Source: a virus (taxonomy: Duplodnaviria; Caudoviricetes). From it: a DNA stretch of 37,499 nucleotides. Positions 34,404 through 37,499 of this stretch are shown in pieces. Within the stretch, counting starts at the first letter, position 1. The number at the start of each line of letters is the position of its first letter. The stretch is from positions 1 through 37,499 of IMG/VR virus record IMGVR_UViG_3300007562_000009; one strand, 5' to 3'. Under the pieces are notes generated by a model, which saw only the letters and a list, made by a program, of their open reading frames with translations, was not told where the DNA came from and made no database searches. Made by a program: the position numbers and the translations under genes.

Positions 34404-36218
34404 ATGGCTCGTCAATCAAACTCTGATCTACTTTCAGCGTATCAAAAAAAGATTTCTGTTTGTAAACGTTGGCGTAGAGAAGAACAATACGACGACACAT
34501 GGCGACGTTTGATCGACCTTTATCGTGGTCGGCATTATGAAGACATCTCTGATGAAGATCGTCTTCTTGTTAACATTTCGTTCTCAACGGTAAACGTTAT
34601 CGCACCTAGTGTGGCTGTTAACTACCCTAAGATCGCTGTTAACTCTCGTCGCCCTGAAGATGCACCTAAAGCAATCATTACCGAGGCTGTTGTCAACTAC
34701 TGGTGGAAGCACTATAAGATTCGTCCCGAATTTCGTCGTGCAGTCAAAGACTTCCTAATCGTTGGACATGGCTGGCTTAAGGCTGGTTATCGTTATGTTG
34801 AAGAAGAATCCATAGATCAAGAAGGTGACCACTCCGATCCGAATGCTGATGGTAATGAAATTACCCCCAGCATTATCGTGACTGAAGATCGTCCTTTTGT
34901 TGAACGTGTATCGCCATTTGATGTGTTCGTTGACCCTGATGCTACCTCTATGTATGACGCTCGTTGGATTGCGCAACGTATTCGTCGTAGCCTAAAAGAA
35001 GTTAAGTCAGATAAACGTTATTCACGTTCTGCTCGTGACAGCATCAACGCTACGTCATGGGGACGTTACAGTGATGATCCTTATAAGCGCCAAATTCAGG
35101 ACACTGAAGAAGGCTATGTTGAAGTATGGGAATACTACGACATCGCTAAGAAAACAATGTGTGTGTTTGCTGAGGGCTGTCAACAGTTCTTAGTTAAGCC
35201 TATGGATATGCCGTATGCGTTTGGTCATCCCTTTGTAATGATCCGCAACTATGACATTCCTGACTACTTCTATCCTATGGGTGATCTTGAGGCTATTGAG
35301 CCACTTCAACGTGAGTTGAATGCGACTCGTACTCAGATGATGAATCACCGTAAACGGTACTCACGTAAGTATCTATTTAAGGAATCAGCATTCGATGCTG
35401 ATGGTCGCTCGGCTTTAGAATCAGATTACGACAATGTTCTTGTCCCTGTTTCAAGTGATGAGAACCTTCAGAACGTTGTTGCTCCTTTCCCTGCTGTTCT
35501 TACTCCTCCTGAGTTTTATCGTCAGTCAGACATTATTGAAGGTGACATTCAAACTGTTTCAGGTGTATCTGAGTATCAGCGTGGTGGTGTTCCTGAGATT
35601 CGTCGTACAGCAACTGAAGCAGCAATCGTTCAAGATGCTGCCAACGCTCGTGCAGCAGACAAGTTAGCCACCATTGAAGGCGCTATTGCTGAGGTCGCTT
35701 ATCGTCTTGTTGCTCTTGCTGAACAGTTCATGACTGGTGAGCAGGTTGCTCGTATTGTTGGTAAAGATGGTGAGCCTTTGTGGGTCACTTTTGATTCTGA
35801 CTATATTGCTGGCGAGTTTGACTTTGAAGTTGAGGCTGGTTCTACAGCACCTGTGAATGAATCGTTCCGACGACAGATGGCGCTACAGATGGTTGATGCT
35901 ATGTCGCCGTTTGCTGGTGCTGGACTTATTAACATGCCTGCTCTTGCAGCGCATGTTCTTCAGTTTGGTTTTGGTATTAAGAACCCTGATCAGTTCATTC
36001 AGCAAGCACCACCTCCTCCTCCTCAGATGGGTGGCATGCCACCTGAAGGTGCTATGCCACCACAGGAAATGATGCCACCACAAGGTGGAGCACCCATGCC
36101 TGACATGGGTGGTGGAGCACCTATGGCTATGAGTCCTGATCAAATGTCAGGTGTTGACCCCGCTGTTTTAGCAGCGTTGTCAAGCAGATTAGGCATGCAG
36201 TTACCTAATACTATGTAA
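34404..36218 (+). CDS. Portal protein
   Basis: 604 aa between TerL and scaffold; VERVSPFDVFVDPDA, SGVSEYQRG...RTATEA motifs. Confidence 0.9.
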   Translation: MARQSNSDLLSAYQKKISVCKRWRREEQYDDTWRRLIDLYRGRHYEDISDEDRLLVNISFSTVNVIAPSVAVNYPKIAVNSRRPEDAPKAIITEAVVNYWWKHYKIRPEFRRAVKDFLIVGHGWLKAGYRYVEEESIDQEGDHSDPNADGNEITPSIIVTEDRPFVERVSPFDVFVDPDATSMYDARWIAQRIRRSLKEVKSDKRYSRSARDSINATSWGRYSDDPYKRQIQDTEEGYVEVWEYYDIAKKTMCVFAEGCQQFLVKPMDMPYAFGHPFVMIRNYDIPDYFYPMGDLEAIEPLQRELNATRTQMMNHRKRYSRKYLFKESAFDADGRSALESDYDNVLVPVSSDENLQNVVAPFPAVLTPPEFYRQSDIIEGDIQTVSGVSEYQRGGVPEIRRTATEAAIVQDAANARAADKLATIEGAIAEVAYRLVALAEQFMTGEQVARIVGKDGEPLWVTFDSDYIAGEFDFEVEAGSTAPVNESFRRQMALQMVDAMSPFAGAGLINMPALAAHVLQFGFGIKNPDQFIQQAPPPPPQMGGMPPEGAMPPQEMMPPQGGAPMPDMGGGAPMAMSPDQMSGVDPAVLAALSSRLGMQLPNTM

Positions 36219-36237
36219 CGCAGATATATATCTATAG
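36215..36237 (+). promoter_or_regulatory. GTAAC late motif copy 7
   Basis: GTAACG-N12-TATAG upstream of scaffold-MCP. Confidence 0.7.
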
Positions 36238-36266
36238 AGCAACCATTAGGACTCTAAGGAGAGCAA

Positions 36267-37040
36267 GTGAGTGACATACTCGATAATACCCCCGATATAG
36301 ACCCCGTATATGACGGACAAGTCGAGGATTTGGGTGAAGCGGATGTAGATGTTCCGTTATTGGACGTTGACGAATATGGTGACCATTATGTCACTGTAAA
36401 AGTTGATGGCGCTGATGTACGTGTTCCTCTATCTGAAGCAGTTGCTGGTTACAGTCGTCAATCGGACTATACCCGTAAGACACAGGAACTAGCACAGCAA
36501 CGTCAGGAACTTCAGTGGGCTTCTGCCATTAGGCAGGCGCTGGATAATGATCCTGCTGGAACTTTAGATTTGTTATCTGAACATTATGGTGTTTCAAGAA
36601 AAGAAGCACAACGCATGGTGGATGATGATCCTTATCTAACTGATTACAGTTTGGATGATCCAGTTGATAAGCGACTGCAGGAGATCGATAAACGTGTGAG
36701 CGTTTTCGAGCAAATGCAGGCGCAGCAAAGGCTTGAAACTGAAATCCAAAGGTTGCAAAACACATATGGTGAAGACTTTAATCCTCAAGAAGTTGTCGCT
36801 GCTGCGCTTGCGCAGGGGAATACAAATCTTGAAGCAGTCTTTAAGCAGATCGCTTTTGACCGTGTTAGTGCTAAACGTTCAGTAGAAACTGAACGTGTCA
36901 CTAAGGCTACTGAGGCGAAACGTGCAGCGTCTGTTGTTTCAGGTGCTACTTCTGCTAGAAGTGCTAAGGATGAGGTTGGATCTGTCAAATCAGTCGCAGA
37001 CGCTTGGGCTGCTGCGAAACGACAACACGGAATTTCTTAA
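36267..37040 (+). CDS. Capsid scaffolding protein
   Basis: VKVDG...V.L.E...GYSRQSDYTRKTQELA motif; SD AAGGAG with GTG start. Confidence 0.9.
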   Translation: MSDILDNTPDIDPVYDGQVEDLGEADVDVPLLDVDEYGDHYVTVKVDGADVRVPLSEAVAGYSRQSDYTRKTQELAQQRQELQWASAIRQALDNDPAGTLDLLSEHYGVSRKEAQRMVDDDPYLTDYSLDDPVDKRLQEIDKRVSVFEQMQAQQRLETEIQRLQNTYGEDFNPQEVVAAALAQGNTNLEAVFKQIAFDRVSAKRSVETERVTKATEAKRAASVVSGATSARSAKDEVGSVKSVADAWAAAKRQHGIS

Positions 37041-37057
37041 CCTAAAGGGGTATTATT

Positions 37058-37499
37058 ATGGCTATTCATGGAGATGCGCTACAAACTCTGTTGGCAACGA
37101 CAGTTGCTAACTACCGCAAAACACTTACTGACAACGTTTTCAACGCTCGTCCTTTGACCTATTTCTTGATGGACAAGGGTCGTATCCGCATGTTGAATGG
37201 TGGTACGAACATTGTTGAACCATTGATTTATGGTGAAAACTCAACTGTGGCTTCGTACTCAGGTTACGACACCATTTCGTTGACTCCTCAGTCGGGTATC
37301 ACTGCTGCGGAATTTGACTGGAAGCAGTACGCTGCTTCTGTCGCTATTTCGGGTATCGAAGAAGCGAAGAACAATGGTGAGCAGGCTATGGTCAACCTTC
37401 TTGAAGCGAAGATCATGCAGGCTGAAGAATCAATGAAGGAAGGCTTCAACTCCATGTTCTTCGGTGATGGCACTGGCAACAGCAGCAAGGACTGGAACG
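37058..37499 (+). CDS. Major capsid protein, N-terminal part (runs off the window end)
   Basis: MAIHGDALQTLLATTVANYRKTLTDNVF...YSGYDTI...AEFDWKQYAASVAISGIEE.KNNG...FFGDGTGNSSKDWN. Confidence 0.92.
   Translation, partial: MAIHGDALQTLLATTVANYRKTLTDNVFNARPLTYFLMDKGRIRMLNGGTNIVEPLIYGENSTVASYSGYDTISLTPQSGITAAEFDWKQYAASVAISGIEEAKNNGEQAMVNLLEAKIMQAEESMKEGFNSMFFGDGTGNSSKDWN

Noticed and set aside
1-37499. Prophage, tRNA genes or host DNA
   Set aside because: No integrase, repressor, att-flanking host genes or tRNA cloverleaf seen; both ends lie in the capsid gene

Overview
Near-complete, circularly permuted genome of a lytic tailed phage (Caudoviricetes) with a podovirus-like gene set. The window opens and closes inside the major capsid gene. 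The + strand carries the late module: TerS, TerL, two small membrane proteins, portal, scaffold, MCP, adaptor, nozzle, two tail fibres, four internal virion proteins including a 2848-aa giant, and an M15-type endolysin. The - strand carries early genes (about 30416 down to 24507, including GP88-like and DUF932 proteins) and a replication operon (Cas4/RecB-like nuclease, putative SSB, DnaB-like helicase, AEP primase, RusA, PD-(D/E)XK nuclease, sigma-region-4/DUF1599 fusion). I saw no DNA polymerase, integrase, tRNA or CRISPR array. An actinobacterial host is plausible but only inferred. The most notable signals are non-coding: (1) a type II hammerhead ribozyme with a pseudoknot and a swapped U15.1-A16.1 core pair in the early operon; (2) four TTAATACA-N2/3-TGTATTAA palindromes at early gene junctions; (3) seven copies of a compact GTAAC(G) late motif, five of them 22-23 nt before SD-less ATGs; (4) two related ACTAGT/ATCAAC..GTTGAT hairpin elements in inverted orientation bracketing the early region. 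All protein calls come from motif recognition by eye; no database searches were run.
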